DNA from: an uncultured Alphaproteobacteria bacterium
GTDB lineage: Bacteria > Pseudomonadota > Alphaproteobacteria > RF32 > CAG-239
Direction: 5' to 3'
Length of the DNA: 64,000 bases
Assembly: GCA_944392255.1 (NCBI GenBank)
Contig: CALXVY010000005.1
Location: forward strand, 5,961-69,960
Below the pieces are notes generated by a model, which was not told the origin of the DNA, searched no databases, and worked only from the letters and a program-made list of their open reading frames with translations. Shown one piece after another: positions 48,644 to 58,473 of this stretch (position 1 is its first letter; each line of letters opens with the position of its first letter). The position numbers and the translations under genes were made by a program.

Positions 48644-49801
48644 ATGTTATCAAAAAGCAAGTTATATCTTTCCACATTAATTGTTTCGGGTGTAATTTTT
48701 AGTAATATAACAATGGCTCAAGCTATTGAAACCAAAGCTAAAAACTTGATTTTGATGGATTATGATACCGGAGAATATTTATATAGTAAAGATGCACAAA
48801 AAATGATTCCTCCGGCATCAATGAGCAAGCTGATGACGGTATATATCATTTTTTCAAAATTAAAAGATGGGTCTTTGAGCGAAGATGATGTCTTTACCGT
48901 AAGTGAAAATGCATGGCGCAAAGGTGGAGCCGCTAGCGGCAGTTCGACCATGTTTTTGAATATTAATGAAAAAGTAAGAGTAGGCGACTTAATTCAAGGC
49001 ATAATCATACAATCTGGTAACGATGCATGTATCGTTGCCGCAGAAAATATTGCTGGTTCTGAAGAAGATTTTGCACATATGATGAATGATACGGCTAAAA
49101 AATTGGGAATGAACAATTCTTCCTTTGCCAATTCTACGGGCTGGCCGCACCCAGATCAAAGAATGTCAGTAGAAGATTTGGCAAAATTGGCACGTATAAT
49201 TATAAAAGATTTTCCTGAATATTATCATCTTTTTTCAGAGAAAAACTATACTCATAACAATATCAGACAAGGAAACAGAAACCCCTTATTATACAGCATG
49301 CCGGAAGCAGATGGCTTGAAAACCGGACACACCGAAGAAGCAGGTTTTTGTTTGACCGGCTCGGCCAAAAGAGGAGATAGACGTTTAATCAGCGTGATGA
49401 GCGGCTTATCTTCAAATAAGGAGCGTTCAGAAGAAGCTGAAAAAATTATGAATTGGGGTTTTAGAGAATTTGATAATTATAAAGTTTTAAAACAAGGACA
49501 AAAAGTAGCCGAAGTTCCGGTATGGTTTGGTGAAGAAACCAGTGTTGATTTACTTGTAAATCAAGATGTTTTGAAAACAATTAAAAAGAATAAAGCCTCT
49601 AAAGTAAAGTTAACTGCCGTTTATGATAAACCGGTAAAAGCACCGATTGCTCAAGGCGATAAATTAGGTTTTGTTCGGGTTGAAATTCCGGGACAAAATC
49701 CAATAGAAGTACCTTTAATCGCTGGAAAAGACGTTAAAAAATTAGGCTGGTTCGGCAAAATTATGGAAAATATTAAATATTTGTTGTTTGGAGCTAAATA
49801 A
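48644..49801 (+). CDS. dacC: D-alanyl-D-alanine carboxypeptidase (PBP5/6 class)
   Basis: SxxK (SMSKLMT), SxN (SGND) and KTG (KTGHT). A signal peptide is present. Confidence 0.85.
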   Translation: MLSKSKLYLSTLIVSGVIFSNITMAQAIETKAKNLILMDYDTGEYLYSKDAQKMIPPASMSKLMTVYIIFSKLKDGSLSEDDVFTVSENAWRKGGAASGSSTMFLNINEKVRVGDLIQGIIIQSGNDACIVAAENIAGSEEDFAHMMNDTAKKLGMNNSSFANSTGWPHPDQRMSVEDLAKLARIIIKDFPEYYHLFSEKNYTHNNIRQGNRNPLLYSMPEADGLKTGHTEEAGFCLTGSAKRGDRRLISVMSGLSSNKERSEEAEKIMNWGFREFDNYKVLKQGQKVAEVPVWFGEETSVDLLVNQDVLKTIKKNKASKVKLTAVYDKPVKAPIAQGDKLGFVRVEIPGQNPIEVPLIAGKDVKKLGWFGKIMENIKYLLFGAK

Positions 49802-50451
49802 TGGAGTTAAAAGGTCATTTTATCACCTTTGAGGGCGGTGAAGGTACCGGAAAATCTACACAAATAAAGCTTTTAGCCGATTTTTTGTCGCAAAAGAATA
49901 TTCCGGTTGTTACCACCAAAGAACCCGGCGGTACCGATATTGGGCAAGAGTTACGCCGCATTTTGGTAACCGGAGATAAAGATAAAATGGATGCTGTAGC
50001 TGAAGCATTGCTTTATTATGCCGACAGACGAATTCATATGACTAAAAAAGTATGGCCGGCAATGGAAGAAGGAAAATGGGTTTTAAGTGATCGTTTTGCC
50101 GATTCAACCGTTGCTTATCAATATTATGGTTACAATAAGAGAGTTCCTTACCAAACTTTAGAAAATCTGTATAAATTAACGGTTGGAGACTTTAAGCCGG
50201 ACTTAACCATTTTATTAGATATCAATCCGGAAATTGGTTTGGCGCGCTCTCTGGACAAGGCTGGTCACATGGCTGTTAAAGAGACCAGACATGAAAGCAG
50301 AGCCTTAGAATTTCATCATAATTTGCGTAATGGTTATTTGGAAATGGCGCAAAAAGAGCCTGAACGTTTTGTCGTCTTAAATGCAGATACAACAATTGAA
50401 AATTTGCATCAAGAAATAGTTAAGATAGTTACGGAAAGGTTTGTTTTGTAG
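49801..50451 (+). CDS. tmk: Thymidylate kinase
   Basis: P-loop FITFEGGEGTGKSTQ and DRFADSTVAYQ. The start overlaps the dacC stop. Confidence 0.9.
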   Translation: MELKGHFITFEGGEGTGKSTQIKLLADFLSQKNIPVVTTKEPGGTDIGQELRRILVTGDKDKMDAVAEALLYYADRRIHMTKKVWPAMEEGKWVLSDRFADSTVAYQYYGYNKRVPYQTLENLYKLTVGDFKPDLTILLDINPEIGLARSLDKAGHMAVKETRHESRALEFHHNLRNGYLEMAQKEPERFVVLNADTTIENLHQEIVKIVTERFVL

Positions 50452-50453
50452 TA

Positions 50454-51512
50454 ATGGAGCAACAAGAAGCATATAATTTAATTCCGCGTAAAAATGCCTA
50501 TCTTTTGGGCTTTGAAAAAGAAGAACAGTTCTTGCTTGAAGCATGGAAGAATAAAACACTGCATAATTCATGGTTGTTTACAGGAATTGAAGGAATAGGC
50601 AAAGCAACTTTGGCATATAAATTTGCAAGGTTTGTCTTATATGCAGATTATGCTCAAAAAGATTCTTATACATCATTAAACATACCAGAGAACTCAAACG
50701 TTTTCAATTTAGTCGCCCAAAATTCTCATCCGGATTTAAAGATAATCGAACGAGACTATACAGACACGGATAAGAAAAAAGTACTAAAGGCTATAAAAGA
50801 TGGCGAACAATTGAGCGATGAAGAGTTGAAAGGTTTGAAAAAATCAGCATTCATTCGCATAGATGATGTTCGTACTGTCAATGAATTTTTATCCAAACGC
50901 TCAGGAAATGACGGTTGGCGCGTGGTTATAATAGATAGTATTGACGATATGAATACGGCCAGCGCCAATGCTATTTTAAAAATATTGGAAGAACCTCCAC
51001 ACAAAACATTGATGCTATTGATAAGCCACAATCCAAATCGCTTGTTGCCGACCATAAAATCTCGTTGTGCCAAACTCAATTTACACCCCTTGGATGCAAA
51101 AAAAGTGGCATCATTGCTCAGAAGGTATAGACCGGAACTAAATGAAAAAGCCGTTAAAGAATTGGCAGAATTATCTTCGGGGAGTATAGGTAAAGCCATA
51201 ATGTATGCGGATAACAACGCGTTAGAGGTTTATCAAAGCTTAAGCAAAATTGTCTATGCCAAGGATAAATTTGTCTTAAGTGATATTCTAGATTTTTGCA
51301 ATACATATAGCGCAGATGATGAAAGCTATGATTTAGCGCAGGAATTGATTTTAAAATTTATTGCTGAGAATATTCGCCAAACATCAAATTTGGAAGAATT
51401 TGCCAAATCTTGGGATGAAACCATAAAAACATTTAGCGAAACAGCAAGTTTGAATTTAGATAAGCGGCAAGCATTGATGAATATAATCGTAAATTTGTGT
51501 AAAAGGATATAG
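50454..51512 (+). CDS. holB: DNA polymerase III subunit delta'
   Basis: Motifs GIEGIGKATLAYKFARFVL, ANAILKILEEPP and TIKSRC. The position after tmk is the expected one. Confidence 0.8.
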   Translation: MEQQEAYNLIPRKNAYLLGFEKEEQFLLEAWKNKTLHNSWLFTGIEGIGKATLAYKFARFVLYADYAQKDSYTSLNIPENSNVFNLVAQNSHPDLKIIERDYTDTDKKKVLKAIKDGEQLSDEELKGLKKSAFIRIDDVRTVNEFLSKRSGNDGWRVVIIDSIDDMNTASANAILKILEEPPHKTLMLLISHNPNRLLPTIKSRCAKLNLHPLDAKKVASLLRRYRPELNEKAVKELAELSSGSIGKAIMYADNNALEVYQSLSKIVYAKDKFVLSDILDFCNTYSADDESYDLAQELILKFIAENIRQTSNLEEFAKSWDETIKTFSETASLNLDKRQALMNIIVNLCKRI

Positions 51513-51513
51513 A

Positions 51514-52308
51514 ATGTTAGTTGATAGTCATTGTCATTTGACCTATGATGATTTTGAAGAAGATTTTTCAGAAATGATAGCCAGAGCCAAAGAAAATGGC
51601 GTCACAACCATGCTTAATGCCGGCAATAATATTGGTGAAATAGAAGTCCAACTAGAGTTATCGGAAAAATATCCTTTTATATATACGGCAGTGGGAGTTC
51701 ATCCGCACAATGCCAGCGAATATGAAAATATCAAAGCCGAAGATTTTATAAAAAAAGCCGAACATAAAAAAATTGTTGCAATTGGAGAGTGTGGCTTAGA
51801 TTATTATTATGATTATTCGCCCAAAGATGTGCAAATAAAAGTTTTCAAAGAGCAAATAAAAGCCGCACAAGAAACAGGATTGCCGTTAATTGTTCATACG
51901 CGCGATGCCGATGAAGATACAATAGCTGTTTTAGATGAAATGTATAAACAAAAGCCATTTACCGGAGAGCTGCATTGTTTTTCTTCAGGCAAAGCTTTGG
52001 CGGATTATGCTTTATCAATAGGATTTTATCTTTCAGCCTCGGGGATAATCACATTTAATAAATCAGGAGAACTACGAGATATTTTTGCCGAGATTCCCGA
52101 AGATAGGTTATTAGTGGAAACAGATTCTCCTTTTTTAGCTCCGGTTCCAATGAGAGGAAGGAGAAACGAACCAGCTTTTGTCTTGCATACTGCTGAAAAA
52201 TTAGCTCAAATCAGAGGACTGAGTTTGGATAAGCTGGCTGAAATTACATCAGACAACTTTTTTAGATTGTTCAGAAAAGCCAGCGATAAAGGGAGATATG
52301 AGTTCTAA
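51514..52308 (+). CDS. tatD: TatD family metal-dependent hydrolase
   Basis: Motifs VDSHCHL, GECGLDYYY, IVHTRDA and VETDSPFL. Confidence 0.9.
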   Translation: MLVDSHCHLTYDDFEEDFSEMIARAKENGVTTMLNAGNNIGEIEVQLELSEKYPFIYTAVGVHPHNASEYENIKAEDFIKKAEHKKIVAIGECGLDYYYDYSPKDVQIKVFKEQIKAAQETGLPLIVHTRDADEDTIAVLDEMYKQKPFTGELHCFSSGKALADYALSIGFYLSASGIITFNKSGELRDIFAEIPEDRLLVETDSPFLAPVPMRGRRNEPAFVLHTAEKLAQIRGLSLDKLAEITSDNFFRLFRKASDKGRYEF

Positions 52309-53177
52309 TGGCTAAGGTAATTATTTTAGGTTCGGGGGCAGCACCGGGAGTTCCGTCTTTGAGTTGCGGTTGGGGTGATTGCAATGCAAGTAACCCGAAA
52401 AACATTCGCACAAGAACAGATACTTATGTTGAACTTGATGATACTAAAATTTTGATTGATACTTCTCCGGATATCAGACAACATCTGATAGATAATAATA
52501 TCAAACACTTAGATGCTGTTCTTTATACTCATGCTCATGCCGACCACTTGCATGGCATAGATGATTTGCGAGAAATTAACCGAATTCGTTTACATGAAGC
52601 ATATGAAGAACAAGGAGAAGTCGCGTATCATCACGGAACTTACAATTTTAACAACTTAGATAAACTAAAAGATTTAAGCATTCAGTGTTATGCAGCTAAA
52701 GAAACCGCCAAAGTAATTCGCAAACGTTTTTCCTATCTGCTTAGTACATTTTTATCTAAGAAAAAAAATGTGTTTTATATGCCAAGCTTCAAACTCAATG
52801 AGGTAAAAGGCAATCATTTATTTTATGTAAATAACATAAAAATTACGCCAATTAAACAACTTGGACATAATGTGCCATCAATCGGTTTTGTTTTCAATGA
52901 TGGCGAATATGTCCATATTTCAGATTTTAAGTCATTACCATCTTCGGCATTTCAGCAAATTAAAGTTCGCCCCAGGTTGTTGGTTATACCATTAACCACG
53001 CCATTTGAACAAAGAGGACATGCCGGTTTTGATATGGTCATGAGCATTATAGAAAAAATAAATCCCGAAAGAGCGGTTATAAATCATATGGCGACAGAAT
53101 GTGATTATGAAAAAATAAAAGAAAAAACGCCAGATTTTGTAGAACCGGCATTTGACGGAATGAAAATTGAATGGTAA
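52308..53177 (+). CDS. MBL-fold metallo-hydrolase (PhnP/GPMB-like)
   Basis: YTHAHADHLHGIDDL (HxHxDH). It contains an insertion after the motif relative to typical ~260-aa members. Confidence 0.75.
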   Translation: MAKVIILGSGAAPGVPSLSCGWGDCNASNPKNIRTRTDTYVELDDTKILIDTSPDIRQHLIDNNIKHLDAVLYTHAHADHLHGIDDLREINRIRLHEAYEEQGEVAYHHGTYNFNNLDKLKDLSIQCYAAKETAKVIRKRFSYLLSTFLSKKKNVFYMPSFKLNEVKGNHLFYVNNIKITPIKQLGHNVPSIGFVFNDGEYVHISDFKSLPSSAFQQIKVRPRLLVIPLTTPFEQRGHAGFDMVMSIIEKINPERAVINHMATECDYEKIKEKTPDFVEPAFDGMKIEW

Positions 53178-53215
53178 GGTAAATTAAAAATAGAATAAGA
53201 AGAGGAAAATATAAT

Positions 53216-54085
53216 ATGTTATGTATATATCACGTTGCCGATCATGATGGTAAAGGTTCAGCCGGAATTGTTAAAAGCATATATCCGGAAATTGAGTTTT
53301 TTGGTTTGAATCATGATATGGACATTCCTTATGATGAAATCAAAAAACATGACAAAATCATTGTTTGCGATATTGCTTTGCCATTGGATTATATGTTTGA
53401 GTTGAATGAAACCAAAGATTTTACATGGATAGATCATCATGTTTCAATCATTAATGAATATGAAGAAGCTGTAAAAAAAGGCAAACCGGAAATAAAAGGT
53501 TTAAGAAGAGTAGGGACGGCAGCCATGTGTTTAACATGGGAATATTTTTATCCCGATAAACCCTTACCGGAAGGTATCAAGCTTTTGGGCTTAAATGATT
53601 TATTTATGCTGGAAGATGAGAGAGTTCGTCCGTTTGAATATGCCATTCAATCTATGGGCGTGAATAAACCTCAAGATGAAATTTGGCAAAAATTGATAAA
53701 TAATGAGATTGATATTGAAGAAACAGTAGAAAAAGGCAAAGCCATTTTATCTTGGATAAAGGTTAGAAACTATCGTTTGGTGCGTTGCATTGCTTTTGAA
53801 AGTCAGTATATGGGTTTGCGTTGTATATGTGCCAACATGCCGCAGGGATATTCTGAGTTTTTTGATTCGGTTGATAATATTGAAGAATATGACATGATGG
53901 TTAATTTCTATATGAATAAGAAAAACCAATGGAATTTATCTTTCTATACGGCCAAAGACAATGTTGATGTATCAAAGATAGCCATGAGTTTTGGCGGCGG
54001 TGGGCATAAAAGAGCCGCCGGTGCATCAAAGTTGGAAAAACTGCCGGAATTTTTATTAAAAGGCAAATTATTACCGCAATATTAG
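53216..54085 (+). CDS. Short DHH/DHHA1-family phosphoesterase
   Basis: Motifs YHVADHDGKGSAG (motif I), IVCDIA (II), WIDHH (III) and the C-terminal FGGGGHKRAAGAS (DHHA1 GGGH). Length 289 aa. Confidence 0.7.
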   Translation: MLCIYHVADHDGKGSAGIVKSIYPEIEFFGLNHDMDIPYDEIKKHDKIIVCDIALPLDYMFELNETKDFTWIDHHVSIINEYEEAVKKGKPEIKGLRRVGTAAMCLTWEYFYPDKPLPEGIKLLGLNDLFMLEDERVRPFEYAIQSMGVNKPQDEIWQKLINNEIDIEETVEKGKAILSWIKVRNYRLVRCIAFESQYMGLRCICANMPQGYSEFFDSVDNIEEYDMMVNFYMNKKNQWNLSFYTAKDNVDVSKIAMSFGGGGHKRAAGASKLEKLPEFLLKGKLLPQY

Positions 54086-54124
54086 AAAAAAACGCCTCGA
54101 TTATAAAAAATCGGGGCGTTTTTA
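54086..54124. terminator. Bidirectional terminator between convergent genes
   Basis: A-run, stem AACGCCTCGA / TCGGGGCGTT, then T-run. Confidence 0.75.
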
Positions 54125-54139
54125 ATAAGAGAGCTTTTC

Positions 54140-54598
54140 TTATTGGAAAAGTTGGGCTTTTCTAAGCGTAAAGTTATCTGGAAGATGAGCATTGTTTTTT
54201 ACCAAACTTCCTTCGCCAACAATGCAGTTTTGCCCGATTGTTGCTTGTTCTTCAATTTCGGCAACGGCAAAAATACGAGAGTTTGCTTTGATTGTAACAT
54301 TATCTTTGATTTTTACTGCCGTAGAGATAGAAACACCTTCTTCTATTGTTACATTATCTCCAATTATAACAAAATCGCGGATAATAACATTTTTAGCAAT
54401 TTTTACGTTATTTCCGATTTTTGTAAAATCTCTTACAGTCACATTATTTCCAAAGGAACAATTATTACCAATCTCTGTGGTAACTTTGCTAATATCTTTG
54501 TGTTCAGCATCAATTTTGACATTATTGCCAAACACGTTAGACTGTCCGATGTTTGCATAAACGACAGTACCTTTTCCAAATGAATTTTGTTTTTTCAT
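54140..54598 (-). CDS. Left-handed beta-helix (hexapeptide-repeat) protein, function unknown
   Basis: Repeated [IVF]GNN[VC]x[IVF] hexapeptides run through 152 aa. The long opposite-strand ORFs here are shadows of the periodic repeat. Confidence 0.7.
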   Translation of the reverse strand: MKKQNSFGKGTVVYANIGQSNVFGNNVKIDAEHKDISKVTTEIGNNCSFGNNVTVRDFTKIGNNVKIAKNVIIRDFVIIGDNVTIEEGVSISTAVKIKDNVTIKANSRIFAVAEIEEQATIGQNCIVGEGSLVKNNAHLPDNFTLRKAQLFQ

Positions 54599-54675
54599 AA
54601 TGATATTTTTTTAATAGGTTAAAATAATATATAGAATAGAGCAATATATAACACAAAAAAAAATTAAAGGCAAGA

Positions 54676-54712
54676 AAGAAAAAAAGGTGTTGCCTTATGA
54701 GCAACACCTTTA
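54676..54712 (-). terminator. Rho-independent terminator of the LpxA-like gene
   Basis: Stem AAGGTGTTGC (54685-54694) / GCAACACCTT (54701-54710), followed by a T-run on the minus strand. Confidence 0.75.
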
Positions 54713-54723
54713 TAAATGAGAGT

Positions 54724-55707
54724 TTATTTTCTAAGTTTCATCAACTTGCGGCCGTTTTGCTCACTTTCCAAAAACTCGACAATAACGGCAAGCGCTTTGT
54801 CATACCACTGTCCGAGACCTTTATATTGGTTAAGTTTTTCAATTGCATCTTCGGTATTTTCAGCCTTGCAAGCAGTCTCAAGCATATATCCAACAAGTTC
54901 AAGATACTCGTCTTCGTATGTTCCAAACTCTAGGTTTTCAGCCAAAGGACGTTTATTATAACCAACAACCTTTGTTCCAATCACTTTGGCAAAAGGAGGT
55001 ACATTTTTAGTGATGTTGGCATTCATACCTATCATGGCTCCGGCACCGATTTTTGAGAATTGGTGCGCAACCATCTGCATACCAAGGTTAGCTCCTTTGC
55101 CGACTTCCACATGACCGGCAAGAGAAACACCGGAAGATATGATAGTCGTGAAAGCTCTCGGACTATCGGGAATTTCGTTGTTAACAGCAATCCGGTCATT
55201 GTGATTAATGGTCACTTTGTCCATGGAATAGATGCCGTCACCAATGATGGTTGCATCACCTTTAGTTGTCTTTTCACCAACATTGATAATGGTGTTTTCA
55301 CCAAAGAAGTTGTTATCACCGATTTTGAGAGCACCTTCATAATGATGGTCACCAATATCTTTCGGCCAAAAACCGATAATACATCCGGGGAGGAATTCAT
55401 TATTATCACCGATAAGTGTATTGCCGCGCAACACGCAGTTGTCGTGAATAATGTTGTTTTTTCCGAGAAGGACTCCGGCTTTGATAGTTACGTTGTTGCC
55501 AATGGTGCAACCATCAGGGATATCGGCTTCAATCGTTGCATTATTGCCTATTGTAATATAGTTACCGATATGTACACCAGCTCCAATGTTACAACAATTT
55601 CCAATTTGAGATTTTTCTTCGATTTTGGCCTGTTCGCCAATAGTGTTAAAATTACCGATTGTTCCATAAACTCTGGCATTTTTGCCAATTAGATTAAATT
55701 GTTCCAT
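54724..55707 (-). CDS. Divergent LpxA-family (UDP-GlcNAc acyltransferase-like) hexapeptide protein
   Basis: It aligns by eye to LpxA landmarks: PKDIGDHHYEG (cf PQDLKYKGE), VTINHND (cf HIAHDC catalytic His), LAGHVEVGKG, VAHQFSKIG and NVPPFAKVIG. It is 327 aa with extra N-terminal repeats, an insertion and a divergent C-terminal helical domain. Confidence 0.55.
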   Translation of the reverse strand: MEQFNLIGKNARVYGTIGNFNTIGEQAKIEEKSQIGNCCNIGAGVHIGNYITIGNNATIEADIPDGCTIGNNVTIKAGVLLGKNNIIHDNCVLRGNTLIGDNNEFLPGCIIGFWPKDIGDHHYEGALKIGDNNFFGENTIINVGEKTTKGDATIIGDGIYSMDKVTINHNDRIAVNNEIPDSPRAFTTIISSGVSLAGHVEVGKGANLGMQMVAHQFSKIGAGAMIGMNANITKNVPPFAKVIGTKVVGYNKRPLAENLEFGTYEDEYLELVGYMLETACKAENTEDAIEKLNQYKGLGQWYDKALAVIVEFLESEQNGRKLMKLRK

Positions 55708-55919
55708 AATAAGATATTTTTAAGTTACTAAAATAATTTAATTTTTCATGTAAAATATATCTAATAATTCCATTATCGTCAATAGACAATTTTGACAAAA
55801 ATTAGAACTAAAGAAAATCATCTGAAAATGGCTAAAAAAGTGAGATTTTTGCTTGAGAAATTTGCAAATTGTTGTAAAATCGCAACGTTAAAAAACAAAA
55901 TAACAAAAATAAATTTTTA

Positions 55920-57626
55920 ATGGAGAATTTTATAATGTCTAAAACTTTAGTTACTTCTGCATTACCGTATGTAAACGGCGTGCCGCATTTGGGCCACATG
56001 GTTGGCTGTTTGTTACCTTCAGATGTTTATGCGCGTTTCATGCGAATGATGGGTAACGAGGTTTTATACATCGGCGGAACCGATGAGCACGGCACGCCGT
56101 CAGAAGTAGGCGCTGCCAAAGAAGGTATGCCGGTTGAAGAATATTGCAATGGTTATCACCAACGCCACAAAAAAACTTATGAAGATTTTGAACTCTCATT
56201 TGATTGCTTTGGTCGTACCAGTTCAGATGCCAATAAAGAAATAGTATATCACATTTTCGAGGCCTTAGATAAAAACGGCATGATTGAAGAAAGAACCATC
56301 AAACAAATTTATTCTATTGATGATGAACGCTTTTTGCCGGACAGATATGTGACCGGAACTTGCCCACATTGTGGTTATGATAAGGCTAGGGGCGACCAAT
56401 GCGAAAACTGCACCAAGGTTTTGGATCCTACCGATTTGATTAATCCGCGCTCGACCATTTCCGGCTCAACCAATTTGGAAATTAGAGAAACCAAACACTT
56501 GTTCTTAAACTTGCCCAAAATTGAACCAAAATTGGCTGAATGGGTAAAAACTCGCGAACCATATTGGCCCGAAATTGCTTATTCTATTGCCCAAAAATGG
56601 CTTAAAGAAGGTTTGCAAGAGCGCTGTATTACAAGAGATTTGAAATGGGGCTTTTCTGTAAACAAACCCGGCTATGAAGATAAAGTTTTCTATGTTTGGT
56701 TTGATGCCCCGATTGGTTATATTGGTATAACCAAGCAATGGGCAGATGCCAATGGTAAAGATTGGAAAGAATGGTGGTATGATGCTAAAGATGTCGACTA
56801 TGTTGAATTTATGGGCAAAGACAATGTTCCTTATCATGCCATTTCTTTTCCTGCAACCTTGCTCGGAACTGGTGAACCATGGACTTTTGTAAAAACCTTA
56901 AAAGGCTTTAGCTATTTGACATACGAAGGCGGCAAGTTCTCTAAATCTGAAAAACGCGGTATTTTTGCCGAAGATGCGGTTAAAGAATATCCGGCAGACT
57001 ATTGGCGTTATTGGTTAATGGCCAATGCTCCCGAAAGTTCGGATAGTTCTTTCAGCTTTGACTTATTTGCCGGTGTGGTTAACAAAGACTTAAATGGCGT
57101 TTTGGGTAACTTTGTTTCCCGCGTTTTGAAAATGACCGCGTCAAAAATCGGTGAAGAAGTTCCCTCTGGCGGTGAAAACACGGAGCTTGAAGCTGAGTTA
57201 ATCAAAAATTTGCAAGAACATGTTAATGATTACTTCAAATATATGAATGAATTAGAGTTTCGCAAAGCCACTAACGAATTGCGCGCTATTTGGGTAGAAG
57301 GTAATAACTATATCTCTGTTGCCGAGCCATGGACCGTAATTAAAGAAAATCCGGAGCGTGCAGCGGCCATTTTAAGAAACTGCATCAATTTAATTCGTAT
57401 CTTTGCTATTTTGAGCGCACCGATTATGCCGAAAATTGCTGAAGATATGATGAATAAATTGGGCTTGAGCTTAAAAGATGTCGGCTCAATCAAAAACTTC
57501 AATGTGGCAAAAGAAATGAACGCTTTGCAAGCCGGACACAAATTCAGCATAGGAGATATGTTGTTCGAAAGAATTACTCCTGAACGTGTTGAAGAGTTGA
57601 AACAAAAATACGGAAGTGCAAAATAA
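55920..57626 (+). CDS. metG: Methionine--tRNA ligase
   Basis: Motifs ALPYVNGVPHLGH (HIGH) and KFSKS (KMSKS), plus a zinc knuckle CPHCG...CENC. The start could instead be the ATG at 55935. Confidence 0.95.
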   Translation: MENFIMSKTLVTSALPYVNGVPHLGHMVGCLLPSDVYARFMRMMGNEVLYIGGTDEHGTPSEVGAAKEGMPVEEYCNGYHQRHKKTYEDFELSFDCFGRTSSDANKEIVYHIFEALDKNGMIEERTIKQIYSIDDERFLPDRYVTGTCPHCGYDKARGDQCENCTKVLDPTDLINPRSTISGSTNLEIRETKHLFLNLPKIEPKLAEWVKTREPYWPEIAYSIAQKWLKEGLQERCITRDLKWGFSVNKPGYEDKVFYVWFDAPIGYIGITKQWADANGKDWKEWWYDAKDVDYVEFMGKDNVPYHAISFPATLLGTGEPWTFVKTLKGFSYLTYEGGKFSKSEKRGIFAEDAVKEYPADYWRYWLMANAPESSDSSFSFDLFAGVVNKDLNGVLGNFVSRVLKMTASKIGEEVPSGGENTELEAELIKNLQEHVNDYFKYMNELEFRKATNELRAIWVEGNNYISVAEPWTVIKENPERAAAILRNCINLIRIFAILSAPIMPKIAEDMMNKLGLSLKDVGSIKNFNVAKEMNALQAGHKFSIGDMLFERITPERVEELKQKYGSAK

Positions 57627-58462
57627 TGAAAAGACGGGAGAAAATGAGTGAGGGGTTGCGCCTCAGAGGTTGGGGAAAATTTTTTCATGGGCTATTTTTG
57701 TTCATCACTTTTCCCATTCGTAAACCACTGATTTTTGTCCCGATTTTAATGCTTGGTTATTTGGCTCCTACATTCATGGGAGCCAAACCAACCGAAGTCC
57801 ATTTATGGTATTGGAATAAAATAAAATCTCAAACCAAGACTATTGGCTCAACCATATCGGAAAAAACGCAAGAGATTATTCCGGATGTAGATAATTTTGC
57901 TATATCTATGCCCAGCTTAAAATCCATGGGCATTTCTTCTGCGGAAAAAGAACAGAAAATTGTCGATGTTCCCATTCCCGATATGCAAAAGATTCGCCGA
58001 CAAACCTTTGAAAAATCAAAAGAAGCACCCAATACGGTAGATGCTCTGCGCACGGCTCAATTGCAAGAAGAAAAGCTGTTGCAGCAAGAAAATGAATCTG
58101 TCTTTAATAATAAAGAAACTCAGCAAGATATAAAATCTTCCCAAGCATCTAAATTGCCATTAGTTTATGTTGAAAAAAATGAGGAAATCAGTGGTACTGC
58201 AGAAGTTTTGAATGCCAATGAACTGAAAATAAACGGAAAATCATATTTTTTGCATGGAATATATGTAAATCCAAAATCTCAAGATGGAATAAATGCCAAA
58301 AATTTGTTAAAAGCAATTATCGCACAGAACATTATCCATTGTCAGGTAAAAGCTTATACTTATAAAGGTAAGGGAACTCTTATTTGCTTTGTTAATGGAG
58401 AAAATATCAACTGGCTACTTGTCAACCGCGGATATTCTCGAAATGTAGCCTTAGAAAAATAA
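57626..58462 (+). CDS. Membrane-anchored protein with a degenerate staphylococcal-nuclease-like C-terminal domain
   Basis: The start overlaps the metG stop, and TM helices are present. The C-terminus is AEVLNANELKINGKSYFLHGIYVNP...CQVKAYTYKGKGTLICFVNGENINWLLVNRGYS. It follows the SNase template (VvDGDTi.i.g..iRL.GIDAPE...C...D.YGR.vA.C...g.dl...lV..G.A) but the catalytic positions are substituted. Confidence 0.5.
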   Translation: MKRREKMSEGLRLRGWGKFFHGLFLFITFPIRKPLIFVPILMLGYLAPTFMGAKPTEVHLWYWNKIKSQTKTIGSTISEKTQEIIPDVDNFAISMPSLKSMGISSAEKEQKIVDVPIPDMQKIRRQTFEKSKEAPNTVDALRTAQLQEEKLLQQENESVFNNKETQQDIKSSQASKLPLVYVEKNEEISGTAEVLNANELKINGKSYFLHGIYVNPKSQDGINAKNLLKAIIAQNIIHCQVKAYTYKGKGTLICFVNGENINWLLVNRGYSRNVALEK

Positions 58463-58473
58463 GGATAGAAATT

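Noticed and set aside
54143-54583. Two long plus-strand ORFs antisense to the 152-aa hexapeptide-repeat gene, and the 210-aa ORF at 55060-55692 antisense to the LpxA-like gene
   Set aside because: The 18-nt periodicity of hexapeptide repeats keeps several frames open. Only the minus-strand frames give canonical [IV]GNN repeats and LpxA landmarks, and the terminators fit the minus orientation.
54140-54598. Bactofilin or gamma-carbonic-anhydrase identity for the 152-aa beta-helix protein
   Set aside because: The repeats are classical transferase-type hexapeptides (IGNNVxI) rather than bactofilin DUF583 repeats. The His triad pattern of gamma-CA/PaaY proteins is absent.
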